Positions 1 to 8,038 of a DNA stretch of 38,218 bases are shown piece after piece. Location of the stretch: IMG/VR virus record IMGVR_UViG_3300024996_000140, positions 1-38,218 of that record. One strand, written 5' to 3'. The translations under genes were made by a program, and so were the position numbers. Source of the DNA: a virus (lineage: Duplodnaviria > Caudoviricetes). Position 1 is the stretch's first letter. The number at the start of each line of letters is the position of its first letter. The notes under the pieces were generated by a model that was not told where the DNA came from, searched no databases, and saw only the letters and a program-made list of their open reading frames with translations.

Positions 1-807
1 ATGACACCGAACCGATGGAAAGAACCGCTCACCGGCTGGCGCGCATGGCTGAAGTCCGGCGCCGTCAGCAATCAGACCCTCGTCCTGCGTATGTACCAGC
101 TCCGACGTTTCGCCGGTGACCACGCACAGCGATCTCCGTACAGCCTCACGCCCGACGACCTCGGCGCGTGGCTCGCTGCGCAGGAATGGGGCGCTGAGTC
201 GCTTCGCTCCTACCGCGCCGCGCTGCGCAGCTTCTACGGATGGGCGCACGCCGCCGGGCACACCGACACCGACCCGGCGCGGCTCCTCCGGAAGATCAAG
301 CCCGGCGCAGCTCGACCGCGGCCCGCTCCGGAGATCGCGATCGACCAAGCACTCGCCGAAGCCGACGAACGCACATGGCTGCTGCTCATGCTCGGCAGCC
401 GCGAGGGACTGCGCCGCGGCGAGATGGCTCGCATCCATTCCGATGACGTCGTGCGAGACGGTACCGGCTGGTCACTCATCGTGCACGGCAAGGGTGGCAA
501 GGACCGAATGGTCCCGCTTCTGCCGACCGTCGCCACCGCGCTCCGGGCACGGCCGCGTGGTTGGACCTTCCCGAACGGAAAGGGCGGTCCGATCACCTCG
601 GCGCATGCCGGCGTGCTCATCCGGCGCGTGCTGCACGGCGCGACCGCGCACCAGCTGCGGCACCGATTCGCCTCGACGGCCTACCAGGCGACGACCGATA
701 TTCGCGCTGTGCAGGAACTCCTCGGTCACGCGTCGGTGGCCACGACCCAGCGATACACCGCCGTGGCGGACGGTGCTCTCCGGCGGGTCATGCAGACAGC
801 CGCGTGA
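1..807 (+). CDS. int: Tyrosine integrase, short form (268 aa, apparently no arm-binding domain)
   Basis: Catalytic motifs GLRRGE, GKGGK, HQLRH, LLGH, TQRY; C-terminus MQTAA. Confidence 0.93.
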   Translation: MTPNRWKEPLTGWRAWLKSGAVSNQTLVLRMYQLRRFAGDHAQRSPYSLTPDDLGAWLAAQEWGAESLRSYRAALRSFYGWAHAAGHTDTDPARLLRKIKPGAARPRPAPEIAIDQALAEADERTWLLLMLGSREGLRRGEMARIHSDDVVRDGTGWSLIVHGKGGKDRMVPLLPTVATALRARPRGWTFPNGKGGPITSAHAGVLIRRVLHGATAHQLRHRFASTAYQATTDIRAVQELLGHASVATTQRYTAVADGALRRVMQTAA

Positions 808-875
808 TTCGTGCGATCGGCAGCGAATGCGCGCATACTGCGCAACACGTACGAACGACACGAGAGGAGCGGTCG

Positions 876-1787
876 ATGCACACCTACGATCATGAGCCGC
901 CAATTATCGCCGGCACACCGACATGCGAAACGTGCGGTGCGACGAGGATGCGTGCCGGGGTCGACGGCTTCACGGAATGCCTCGGCTGCGGCAGCCGCTA
1001 CGCGGCGGCCGACTTCGTTCACGAATGGCAGCTATCGACACCCGACCCCGCAGATCACGGCAGCCTCGCCGACGCGCCAATTGCCCCACCCGCGCCCACA
1101 AGTGCCGATCTCAATGACGGCGACGAGGGTGCAAAAAACCGAAGGCGGATCGCCGGCGCTTTTGCGATTCTCGCCGTCGCCGTTGTCGCCGCCTTCATTT
1201 ACGGAGCTGTAGGAAACAGTCACGACGACAGCGAGACCTCGGCGACGGCCGCGGGGGCATCGTCAGCCCCGGGCAGCTACACGCCAATAGCTACTAAGGT
1301 TTTCCGCGGTAGCGGAGACGACGTGATCGATATCGGCGAGTTCACGAGCGCGGCTATTCTGACATTCCGCTGCGGTGCGTGCTCCGGCAACACCGTCGTG
1401 CAAACAGACGGTCGCGAAAGTCTTCTGGTCAACACAATTGGTTCCTACTCCGGGTCGCACTTCATCAACATCCGCGACAACAGTATGACCACCAAGATCA
1501 CCGTGACCGCGACGAGCGCTTGGGATATGTCTATCTCGGATATCACCACGGCACCGCGCGCGGCCAACGGAAACGGCGATGCCGCAATCCTCATCAATCA
1601 ACCCGGCTCGAAGGCACAGATAACTAATCGCGGTGGCGGCAATTTCGTGGTGCAGGTCTACAGTCTGTCCGGGCACACGGACCTTGCAGTCAACGAGATT
1701 GGCTCCTATCAGGGAACCGTGCCGGTCGATGCGCCCGCTTTCATTCAGGTCGAGTCGGAAGGCGCATGGAGCATCGCACTCGGATGA
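876..1787 (+). CDS. Single-pass membrane protein with N-terminal Zn ribbon and duplicated extracellular beta domain (303 aa)
   Basis: GAGAGGA RBS before ATG 876; CETC...CLGC; TM IAGAFAILAVAVVAAFIYGAV; repeats GSGDDVI...LLVNTIGSYSG and GNGDAAI...LAVNEIGSYQG. Confidence 0.8.
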   Translation: MHTYDHEPPIIAGTPTCETCGATRMRAGVDGFTECLGCGSRYAAADFVHEWQLSTPDPADHGSLADAPIAPPAPTSADLNDGDEGAKNRRRIAGAFAILAVAVVAAFIYGAVGNSHDDSETSATAAGASSAPGSYTPIATKVFRGSGDDVIDIGEFTSAAILTFRCGACSGNTVVQTDGRESLLVNTIGSYSGSHFINIRDNSMTTKITVTATSAWDMSISDITTAPRAANGNGDAAILINQPGSKAQITNRGGGNFVVQVYSLSGHTDLAVNEIGSYQGTVPVDAPAFIQVESEGAWSIALG

Positions 1788-1827
1788 CCTGTCAGCCCAG
1801 CATCGGGCCGACCTGTGTGGTGGACGC

Positions 1828-1868
1828 GAATGCCGCCCCGTCTCCACGAGGGAGGCGGGGCGGCATTC
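1828..1868. terminator. Strong hairpin between convergent genes, likely bidirectional terminator
   Basis: GAATGCCGCCCCGTCTCC-N5-GGAGGCGGGGCGGCATTC. Confidence 0.75.
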
Positions 1869-1912
1869 TGGGCGCGGCAGCGGCAACTGCTTAGCGTCTC
1901 CTGGTAGGGCGT

Positions 1913-2224
1913 CTAAACGCGGGGCGGCTCGTGCCACTGGCCGGGCTCGTCACCTTGGCTGCGGCTGGTGGCCCAGTAGGCGTGGTCTCCGTCGAGAAGG
2001 ACCTGGAGGTTCACCGCCGCGTTCTCGGTCGGGGGCTCGCCCCAGACGCGGACGATCACCGCCGGGTAGACCTGACCGGGACGCAGCGCGTTGTGATTCG
2101 GCAGCAGCGCGGTGGCCGCCGTGCTCGCGGGCATCGTATCAATCCTGCGCTGGCGGTCGTTGATCGCGGCGACGTCGCCCTCGGTGAGCATGTACAGGAC
2201 GGTGCGTCCGAGGCTTGGAACCAT
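1913..2224 (-). CDS. Hypothetical phage protein (103 aa)
   Basis: AAGGAG RBS then MVPSLGRTVLY...PAVIVRVW...VNLQVLLDG. Confidence 0.8.
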   Translation of the reverse strand: MVPSLGRTVLYMLTEGDVAAINDRQRRIDTMPASTAATALLPNHNALRPGQVYPAVIVRVWGEPPTENAAVNLQVLLDGDHAYWATSRSQGDEPGQWHEPPRV

Positions 2225-2267
2225 GGTGTTCTCCTTGCTGACGGGGTGATGGTGTCGGGGCAGCCGT

Positions 2268-2291
2268 GGAAATATGCCGGGAAATATGCCG
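2268..2291. repeat. 12-bp tandem duplication GGAAATATGCCG x2
   Basis: Exact copies at 2268-2279 and 2280-2291, intergenic. Confidence 0.85.
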
Positions 2292-2294
2292 GCG

Positions 2295-2507
2295 CTACGG
2301 GGTCTTCGTGGGGCGGTTGGCGACGGCGAGTCCGTGGCCGCCGATGCCGGCGAGACCGAGGATCCAGATGACGATGTCCTTGACGGTGGCCAGGTCGGCG
2401 GCGCCGACCGCGACGAGCACGGCCAGCACGGCGAGAGTGAGGACAACCAGGAGCAGCGCGACCACGTAGACGATGGTGCGCGCCCGGTCGGGCAGGTTCA
2501 GGTTCAT
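2295..2507 (-). CDS. Putative holin (70 aa, two TM segments)
   Basis: MNLNLPDRARTIVYVVALLLVV...IVIWILGLAGIGG; ATGA overlap with endolysin stop. Confidence 0.75.
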   Translation of the reverse strand: MNLNLPDRARTIVYVVALLLVVLTLAVLAVLVAVGAADLATVKDIVIWILGLAGIGGHGLAVANRPTKTP

Positions 2508-3277
2508 GCTTTGGTTCCCTTCTTGAGAGCGGCCACATCGGCCTTGAGTACCGCGAGGTCGCGGAGAGCGGACGACAGGAAGTTGAGAGTGCCGGCGAGC
2601 GCGGCTGTGCCGTCGGGGTAGGTGACGGTGGCCCGCTTCCGGGCTTCGGTTTTCGAGACTCCTTGCGCGATCAGGTTTGTCATTTCGTTGGCGTCCACGA
2701 ATGTCACTTTGGCCATCAGGTCCTCCAGGAAGTCGGTGCCGGTTGGGGCGGGGCGGTGCGCTGCGATGCGGTTGCGCAGCTTGTTCATGTCGAGGTTCGG
2801 ATCGACCTTGCGACCTTGCGGCACCGCGGCTTCTTTGTGGCCGCGCCACCGGATGCTGTAGTGGTCGCCGAGCGCCCGGCAGCCGGTGACCAGTGAGGCG
2901 TACTGCACCGCCGGCCACGGTGTGGAGCCGCCCGGGTTCTCGCACTCGACACCGATCGCCCGCGGGTTCGCAAAGTCCGGGTCATCGGTCGGGCCGGCGT
3001 GGTTGCAGTAGCCGGCGGCGATCACATACCAGACGCCGGACCGTCCGAGACCGAGCTGCGCGAGCGGGCCCTGTAGATCCGAGCGGCCGCCGCGCACCAC
3101 ATGCAGTGACGGGTAGTCGCCGGCGGCCGCGGCGGCCGTGCCGGTGTGGTGCACTAGGCCGCCGAACGGGCCGTTGATGCCCCAGCCGTTCACGCCGCGG
3201 GTCTTCCACCCGGGCATCTCCCGGACCGGCAGCCCGGCGCCGCGCAGCACGTCCGCGAGATCAGTGAGCATCGGCAC
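2504..3277 (-). CDS. Endolysin, N-acetylmuramoyl-L-alanine amidase (Amidase_2-like)
   Basis: VHHTG, GPLAQL, CNHAG, IGVECEN, GHKE...RKVDP motifs; start may be ATG 3271. Confidence 0.9.
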   Translation of the reverse strand: MPMLTDLADVLRGAGLPVREMPGWKTRGVNGWGINGPFGGLVHHTGTAAAAAGDYPSLHVVRGGRSDLQGPLAQLGLGRSGVWYVIAAGYCNHAGPTDDPDFANPRAIGVECENPGGSTPWPAVQYASLVTGCRALGDHYSIRWRGHKEAAVPQGRKVDPNLDMNKLRNRIAAHRPAPTGTDFLEDLMAKVTFVDANEMTNLIAQGVSKTEARKRATVTYPDGTAALAGTLNFLSSALRDLAVLKADVAALKKGTKA

Positions 3278-3278
3278 G

Positions 3279-3644
3279 TCACCCCTTGCCGTTCTCGATG
3301 TGTCGGTCGAGGCGTTCCGCGAGGGTTTGCACCCGGTCGGATGATGCCGCCGCGATCGCGGACGCTTTCGCTGCCTCGGTCTCCGCCCGCGCCGCTGACC
3401 GTTCGGTGCGGGTGATGGCGTCGCGCATCGACTGGCCGCCGTTCGGCAGCACCTGGTGCTGGATCGTGGCGATGGTCGTGTTCTGCGCGGCCATCTGATC
3501 CATCAGGCCGGGCCGGCCCGGCTCGCCCTCCACAGCGCGCAGCACCCGCCCGGCGCGGTGGATCGGCCTCCAGAACAGCGTCACGACGGCCGCGAGTGCG
3601 AGAACGACGCCGAGCAGTGTGGAAAGCGGGTCGAGCCAATCCAT
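3279..3644 (-). CDS. Lysis-cassette membrane protein (TM plus coiled coil)
   Basis: GGAGG RBS; N-terminal TM; PNGGQSMRD motif typical of actinophage lysis-region proteins. Confidence 0.75.
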   Translation of the reverse strand: MDWLDPLSTLLGVVLALAAVVTLFWRPIHRAGRVLRAVEGEPGRPGLMDQMAAQNTTIATIQHQVLPNGGQSMRDAITRTERSAARAETEAAKASAIAAASSDRVQTLAERLDRHIENGKG

Positions 3645-3664
3645 CAGACCTCCAGGTATGCGTG

Positions 3665-3686
3665 AGCCCCGCACGACGGCGGGGCT
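3665..3686. terminator. 8-bp GC hairpin between tail and lysis genes
   Basis: AGCCCCGC-ACGACG-GCGGGGCT; no U-tract. Confidence 0.4.
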
Positions 3687-3715
3687 GCGATCGGTGACGG
3701 GCCGGCGGGGGACGG

Positions 3716-4006
3716 TCAGGCGGGTGTGCCCAGCACCGCGGTGAGCGCATACAGGATGTGCGCGTCCGTCACCGCCGCCGGGTTCACCCCGGGCCGCGGT
3801 GTCGGGCTGTAGGTGGCCTGCGCGTACTCGTACACGGATGCGATCGTGTCACCCGTGTCCGTCGCAGCGGCGGCGGCGAGCCGGATCCGCACCGACTCCA
3901 CCTGCTGCTGCCCGTAGCCCAACGTCGCGCCCAACGCGACCATGCGGGCCAGCAGATCCGAGTCGGAGGAAGCGGCGATTATCGACGCCGAGGTAGGAGT
4001 GGACAT
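3716..4006 (-). CDS. Small tail-region protein (96 aa)
   Basis: AAAGGA RBS; MSTPTSASII...AVTDAHILYAL. Confidence 0.75.
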   Translation of the reverse strand: MSTPTSASIIAASSDSDLLARMVALGATLGYGQQQVESVRIRLAAAAATDTGDTIASVYEYAQATYSPTPRPGVNPAAVTDAHILYALTAVLGTPA

Positions 4007-4034
4007 GAGAATGTTCCTTTCGGTGATGTGACTC

Positions 4035-4622
4035 TTACTCGATGACGGGGGAGCCCGGGTAGGTCGTCGGCCACGGCTGCACGGTTTGCACGACGGCCGC
4101 GAAGTTGTGGGTTCCGGTGCCGACCGCAATTCCGCCGAACTTGACGCTCCCTCCGATCCTCGAATCGAACGTCGCGTCGTTTGCGGTGAACGCGGTGGTG
4201 TAGTTATACCCGGTGCCCTTCAGCAATCCGCCGACGTTGAAACTGGCGCCGTTAACAGCTTGGAATCCGGTCGGGACGTTCATGAACGTTGTGCCGTAGG
4301 GCACCGTCCCCGTGGCGCTTCCGTTGATATACACCAAGCCGTTGATTCGCTGAACGGTGGCGGTGCCGCCGATGGAGCTGACGATGTAAGTTTCGTCAAG
4401 CCATCTCGGGCGAGTGTCCCCAACGGTGACGATCCACCCAGACGCCGTCTTGACCCACACCTGCGCGCCCTGGTCCCCGGTTGTGGAGTGGAACTCCGCG
4501 CCCTGCGTTGCTGCTGCGACCCACGCCGCCCCGGCCGCGTCGAGCGTCCCTGTGATGTCCGGGCGTCCCTGCCCCCAGTACTGCCGGCGAGACACCGTCT
4601 CCCCGTGGAGCACGGGGATCAT
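4035..4622 (-). CDS. Tail-tip/fibre-like protein, MIPVLH paralog B (195 aa)
   Basis: GAQVWVKTASGWIVTVGDT, VQRINGLVY, VPTGFQ, PWPTTYPG resemble actinophage fibre C-terminal domains. Confidence 0.7.
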   Translation of the reverse strand: MIPVLHGETVSRRQYWGQGRPDITGTLDAAGAAWVAAATQGAEFHSTTGDQGAQVWVKTASGWIVTVGDTRPRWLDETYIVSSIGGTATVQRINGLVYINGSATGTVPYGTTFMNVPTGFQAVNGASFNVGGLLKGTGYNYTTAFTANDATFDSRIGGSVKFGGIAVGTGTHNFAAVVQTVQPWPTTYPGSPVIE

Positions 4623-4632
4623 CGGGCACCTA

Positions 4633-5007
4633 CTAGGCGGGCACCCCGGGGTAGGGCGCCGGCGGGAAGTCGATCAGCTGCGGCAGCACGAGGACGTTCA
4701 TCTCCGCGATGTCGAGTGTGCCGGTGGTGCCCGTCGTCCCGTCGTTCCGGAAGAACAAGGTGCCGGCGGGTGACCCGTTGCGGTAGTACTGCATCGGCGC
4801 GCCGTAGAAGTTCGTTCCCCACGCTCGCCAATGGGCGTTGAGGGCCGTCGTAGCGAGCGACGCCGACGAGCTGGCGTTGGAGAACCTCCAGGCGAGAAAC
4901 GGGCCGATGCGACGGACCAGGATCTTCCCGCCCGTCACGACACTGAACAAGCCCGTGATGTCCCGCCAGCCCGTGTCCGGCATCCCGGCGTGTAACACCG
5001 GGATCAT
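4633..5007 (-). CDS. Tail-tip/fibre-like protein, MIPVLH paralog A (124 aa)
   Basis: MIPVLH...DTGWRDIT...VRRIG...FPPAPYPGVPA; shares start and YPG-containing end with 4035..4622. Confidence 0.7.
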   Translation of the reverse strand: MIPVLHAGMPDTGWRDITGLFSVVTGGKILVRRIGPFLAWRFSNASSSASLATTALNAHWRAWGTNFYGAPMQYYRNGSPAGTLFFRNDGTTGTTGTLDIAEMNVLVLPQLIDFPPAPYPGVPA

Positions 5008-5028
5008 GACGCGGTCCTGGTGGCGTGC

Positions 5029-5082
5029 TCATCGAGCCCACCGGCCCAGACGAGCGGGGGGGGGGGGGAATGTCAGCATCAT
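5029..5082 (-). CDS. Putative 17-aa mini-ORF MMLTFPPPPARLGRWAR containing the C13 tract
   Basis: GGAAGG RBS-like motif, ATGATG start, TGA at 5031-5029. Confidence 0.45.
   Translation of the reverse strand: MMLTFPPPPARLGRWAR
5056..5068. repeat. G13 homopolymer (C13 on coding strand)
   Basis: Direct count; the only run of this length I saw in the window. Confidence 0.95.
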
Positions 5083-5107
5083 GCCGCCTTCCATGTGAGA
5101 GACCCGG
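5081..5107. repeat. Direct repeat copy 2 (orphan GSLTWKAA* gene end)
   Basis: 24/27 identical to 6833-6859. Confidence 0.85.
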
Positions 5108-5113
5108 GGTGTT

Positions 5114-6175
5114 TCAGGCGATCGCATACCGGTCACCGCCGTGCACGAGAGCGCCGGCCGCGGGCATCGGCAGCGCCGGGGCGTCGGTCATGGCCTGAAT
5201 GCTGGTGCCGGCCAGGACGTCGAACAGGGTCCAGGTGACACCGTCCGTGGACTGGATGATCGAGACGCCGTCCGTGGCTAGGAAGCGTGCCCCGCCGGTC
5301 CACCACACGACGCGTTTCATGTTCGCGGTGCCGAGCGGGTTGACCCGCGCCGTCCACGTCGTCGCCGTGGAGTTGGAGGTGGTGATGCCGCCGCCGTCGC
5401 CGACGACGCAGAACATGTTCTGCGTCGGCGAGTGGGCCGCCGACCGGGCGGGGCCGGGCAGGTTCGAGGTTCGGGCCGTCCAGCCCGACCCGTTCGTCGA
5501 AGTGGAGATCCGGCCGGCGTTGCCGGCGATCACCGCCAGCGCCGCCACCGTCGAGACGGCGATACAGATGATGTGCTCAGATCCGAGCGCGTTGTTCGTG
5601 AAGTTCCACGGTGACAGCCCGGTGGTCGAGTAAGACAGTGTGCCGGTGGTGTTACCGCCCAGGAACATGCCGAGCTTCGCCGACCAGCGGACCGCCCCGG
5701 TGTACAGGTTGTAGGCGTTGATGCGCTGCGACGCCCACGTGACACCATCGGTGGACACCGCCCCGTAGCCCATGTAGCCGGCGGCGACGAACCGGCCGCG
5801 CACAGGCGACCAGTCGATCGTGTTGAAGCCCTGCCCGGTCAGCGGGGTGGTGTGCTCCGTCCAGTGGATCCGGTCCGGGGACGTGTAAGTGTTACCGTTC
5901 GCGCCGGCCGCGCACAGCAAGCCCAGCGACGGCGCCCAGCACATGTCGGATATGTTGCCGACGATCCCCGTCGAAGCGTCGATCGCCGCCTCGACGTCGG
6001 CGATCGTGATGAACTTGCTCGACGAGCCAATCGCCACGGCCAGATTCGGCGTGGACTTCGGGATGATCTCGAAGCGGGTCGCCGGCAGCGCCCCGGTGAT
6101 CTCCGCGCCGATGAACGCCCGCACGGTCTGCGTCGCCGCCCCGACCTCCCCGCCGCCCAGGAACAGCCGGCTCAC
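5114..6175 (-). CDS. Beta-propeller (Asp-box/BNR repeat) tail protein, candidate receptor-binding protein (353 aa)
   Basis: YTSPDRIHW, STDGVTW (twice), STNGSGW; GTG start overlaps the upstream TGA. Confidence 0.75.
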   Translation of the reverse strand: MSRLFLGGGEVGAATQTVRAFIGAEITGALPATRFEIIPKSTPNLAVAIGSSSKFITIADVEAAIDASTGIVGNISDMCWAPSLGLLCAAGANGNTYTSPDRIHWTEHTTPLTGQGFNTIDWSPVRGRFVAAGYMGYGAVSTDGVTWASQRINAYNLYTGAVRWSAKLGMFLGGNTTGTLSYSTTGLSPWNFTNNALGSEHIICIAVSTVAALAVIAGNAGRISTSTNGSGWTARTSNLPGPARSAAHSPTQNMFCVVGDGGGITTSNSTATTWTARVNPLGTANMKRVVWWTGGARFLATDGVSIIQSTDGVTWTLFDVLAGTSIQAMTDAPALPMPAAGALVHGGDRYAIA

Positions 6176-6348
6176 AGCAGCGTCCAAGCCCCGGACGCCC
6201 GCAGGTGGAACGTGACCGTCCCCGAGGCGGGCTGAATCCACACCGTGCCGTCATCCACTGCGCCCGGGTCGGTCGCGCTGATGATCGTCGGATGGCCCGA
6301 GCCGTCGCCGAACGAGACGAGCTGGTCACCGAGGTAGAGGCTGATCAT
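6172..6348 (-). CDS. Small tail-fibre-associated protein (58 aa; absent from ORF track)
   Basis: Hand translation MISLYLGDQLVSFG...IISATDPGAVDDGTVWIQP...WTLL; ATGA and GTGA overlaps at both ends. Confidence 0.75.
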   Translation of the reverse strand: MISLYLGDQLVSFGDGSGHPTIISATDPGAVDDGTVWIQPASGTVTFHLRASGAWTLL

Positions 6349-6827
6349 GACTGCACCAGGTATGCCATCGCCGGGTCCTTCGTGGCGAGCGCGTCAAACT
6401 CGGCCTTGGTTCCCACCCACACGTTGGTGAGCGTCACCGACCCTGCGGGCTGCAGCGCAGTGTCCGCCAGCTCGCCCTGCGCCGCGGTTGCATACGTTCC
6501 GGCCGGGGCCCCGCCGAGGTCCTCGTAGGTGAGCGCCACATTCCCGTCGACGTCCGGCAGCTTCCCCGCCACCGACGACACGGTGCCGGTTCCGTCCACG
6601 CCGCCCTCAGCGAGCACCGCCCAATGCGCCGTGTCCGCATCGGGGGTGGTTGCGGTCGCCGTGCGGTCCAGAATGCACAGGTACGTGGAGCGGCCGTTCT
6701 TCACGAAATCCATGGCCTGATACATCGCCGACGACGACCAGGTGCCTTTCCGCACGAGCCCGACCGGGCCGGGCATGAGCGGCCGCCACGCTGATGTGGC
6801 CGTGTCGAAGTACTTTGCGACCGCCAT
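6345..6827 (-). CDS. Minor tail/fibre protein with CBM5/12-like motif
   Basis: GTWSSSAMYQAMDFVKNGRSTYLC...W; C-terminal VWVGTKAEFDALATKDP. Confidence 0.7.
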   Translation of the reverse strand: MAVAKYFDTATSAWRPLMPGPVGLVRKGTWSSSAMYQAMDFVKNGRSTYLCILDRTATATTPDADTAHWAVLAEGGVDGTGTVSSVAGKLPDVDGNVALTYEDLGGAPAGTYATAAQGELADTALQPAGSVTLTNVWVGTKAEFDALATKDPAMAYLVQS

Positions 6828-6830
6828 GTC

Positions 6831-7682
6831 CTATGCCGCCTTCCAGGTGAGCGATCCGGACAGCACCGCGCCGGCGGCGGGCGGCCCCAGGATCAGCAGC
6901 TGCGTCGTGGAGGCGTACGCGGCCCACCATTCGCCGACCGAATCCACCAGCCAGCCGTGGCCTTGCGGGAAGGCGGGGGTGAACCCGGCCGGGATCGTCG
7001 CCACATGCTCCACCGTGGAGGCTTTCGTCAGCCCGGAGATCGCGCACACGACACGGGTGCCGACCTTCTCGAGGGTGATCGTGCCGGCGGACGCCCCGGT
7101 GGTGAGCGCGGCGGTGGCGGTGGTGGCGCCGGCGCCGGCCGCGCCCGGCTTCCACGAGGATGTGGCCGCGTCGTACACGAGCGCGTCCTTATCGACCGCG
7201 CCCGTCGTGGCGACGTCGGTCAGGTCGTCCAGCGCCATCGGTGTCGCCGCCCCCGGGTCGGAGGTGTCCACCCAGATCCGGTCCGTCTCGGCCGGGGCCG
7301 CGCCACCGACGTGCGTGCCGGTCGCACCCACATCGCCGCGCGGGATCGTGAGCTTCGGCTTCGACGCCAGTGGCGTGCCGGTCTCCTCCAGCGTCACGTC
7401 CGTGCCCGGGGCGCCAGTCACTACCGGCTGCCACTCGATCGTGGCCGCCGTTCCTGGGATGCCCTGAGGGATCCCCAAGCTCAGTTTCTGATTCGGGGCG
7501 TCTCCGTCGATCGCCGCTGTCGCGGGGTCTTCCGGGTCCAGTGTGGTCACCTGGTCGATCGTGAGCGTGTTCGCCGGGCCGCGGCGGCCCTCACCGAACG
7601 CCGCCTCCACCTGGTAGGTGACGCCGCCCATCTCGACGGTGAGCTGATACACGTTCGCGTTGAGCGTGGCCTCCGTGCTCAT
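6831..7682 (-). CDS. Tail fibre-like protein (283 aa)
   Basis: GIPQGIPG and IPRGDVGATG collagen-like hinges, RIWVDT, LDDLTDV, ATIPAGFTP; ends GSLTWKAA. Confidence 0.75.
   Translation of the reverse strand: MSTEATLNANVYQLTVEMGGVTYQVEAAFGEGRRGPANTLTIDQVTTLDPEDPATAAIDGDAPNQKLSLGIPQGIPGTAATIEWQPVVTGAPGTDVTLEETGTPLASKPKLTIPRGDVGATGTHVGGAAPAETDRIWVDTSDPGAATPMALDDLTDVATTGAVDKDALVYDAATSSWKPGAAGAGATTATAALTTGASAGTITLEKVGTRVVCAISGLTKASTVEHVATIPAGFTPAFPQGHGWLVDSVGEWWAAYASTTQLLILGPPAAGAVLSGSLTWKAA
6833..6859. repeat. Direct repeat copy 1 (3' end of fibre gene)
   Basis: ATGCCGCCTTCCAGGTGAGCGATCCGG vs ATGCCGCCTTCCATGTGAGAGACCCGG. Confidence 0.85.
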
Positions 7683-8038
7683 CGCGTGTATCCCTGCAGC
7701 CAGCGGGTCTCGCCGCGCACCCACGTGCGGGGCACCCCGGCGCCATCCACGGCCTCCAGGTCGTAGCCGCCATCGGAGTGCATCAGGCCCATGCGCGCCT
7801 TGTCCATCAGGGACCAGGCGATCACCCCGGTGGCGGCGCCGGAGACGTCCACATCCAGATCGATGTGCTCGTCGGATCCGGTCGCCGGCCGCCACTGGCA
7901 GCGCCACCCGGACCAGCCATCCGTCAGATCGACCGGCACGCCGGCGGCGTCCTTGATCGTGACCGTCCCGCCCGGCCAGCCGTCGTCGTCGTACAAAGTC
8001 ACTGGCGGCAGCTGCGCCGGCTCGTTCACACCGCTCAT
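7679..8038 (-). CDS. Minor tail protein, baseplate-upper (BppU-N)-like (119 aa)
   Basis: PVDLT...WRCQWR...GVIAWSL...YDLE pattern; ATGA overlaps. Confidence 0.6.
   Translation of the reverse strand: MSGVNEPAQLPPVTLYDDDGWPGGTVTIKDAAGVPVDLTDGWSGWRCQWRPATGSDEHIDLDVDVSGAATGVIAWSLMDKARMGLMHSDGGYDLEAVDGAGVPRTWVRGETRWLQGYTR

Noticed and set aside
561-875. N-terminal 105 aa of the 408-aa ORF
   Set aside because: Overlaps the integrase out of frame; a good RBS supports ATG 876
4619-5041. 140-aa ORF as a functional protein
   Set aside because: Low-complexity alternative frame of paralog A; considered only as a ribosome bypass route
4035-7682. Invertible shufflon or diversity-generating retroelement in the tail region
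   Set aside because: All cassettes are on one strand, the repeats are direct, there is no reverse transcriptase or adenine-specific TR/VR pair, and the only recombinase fits the integrase role
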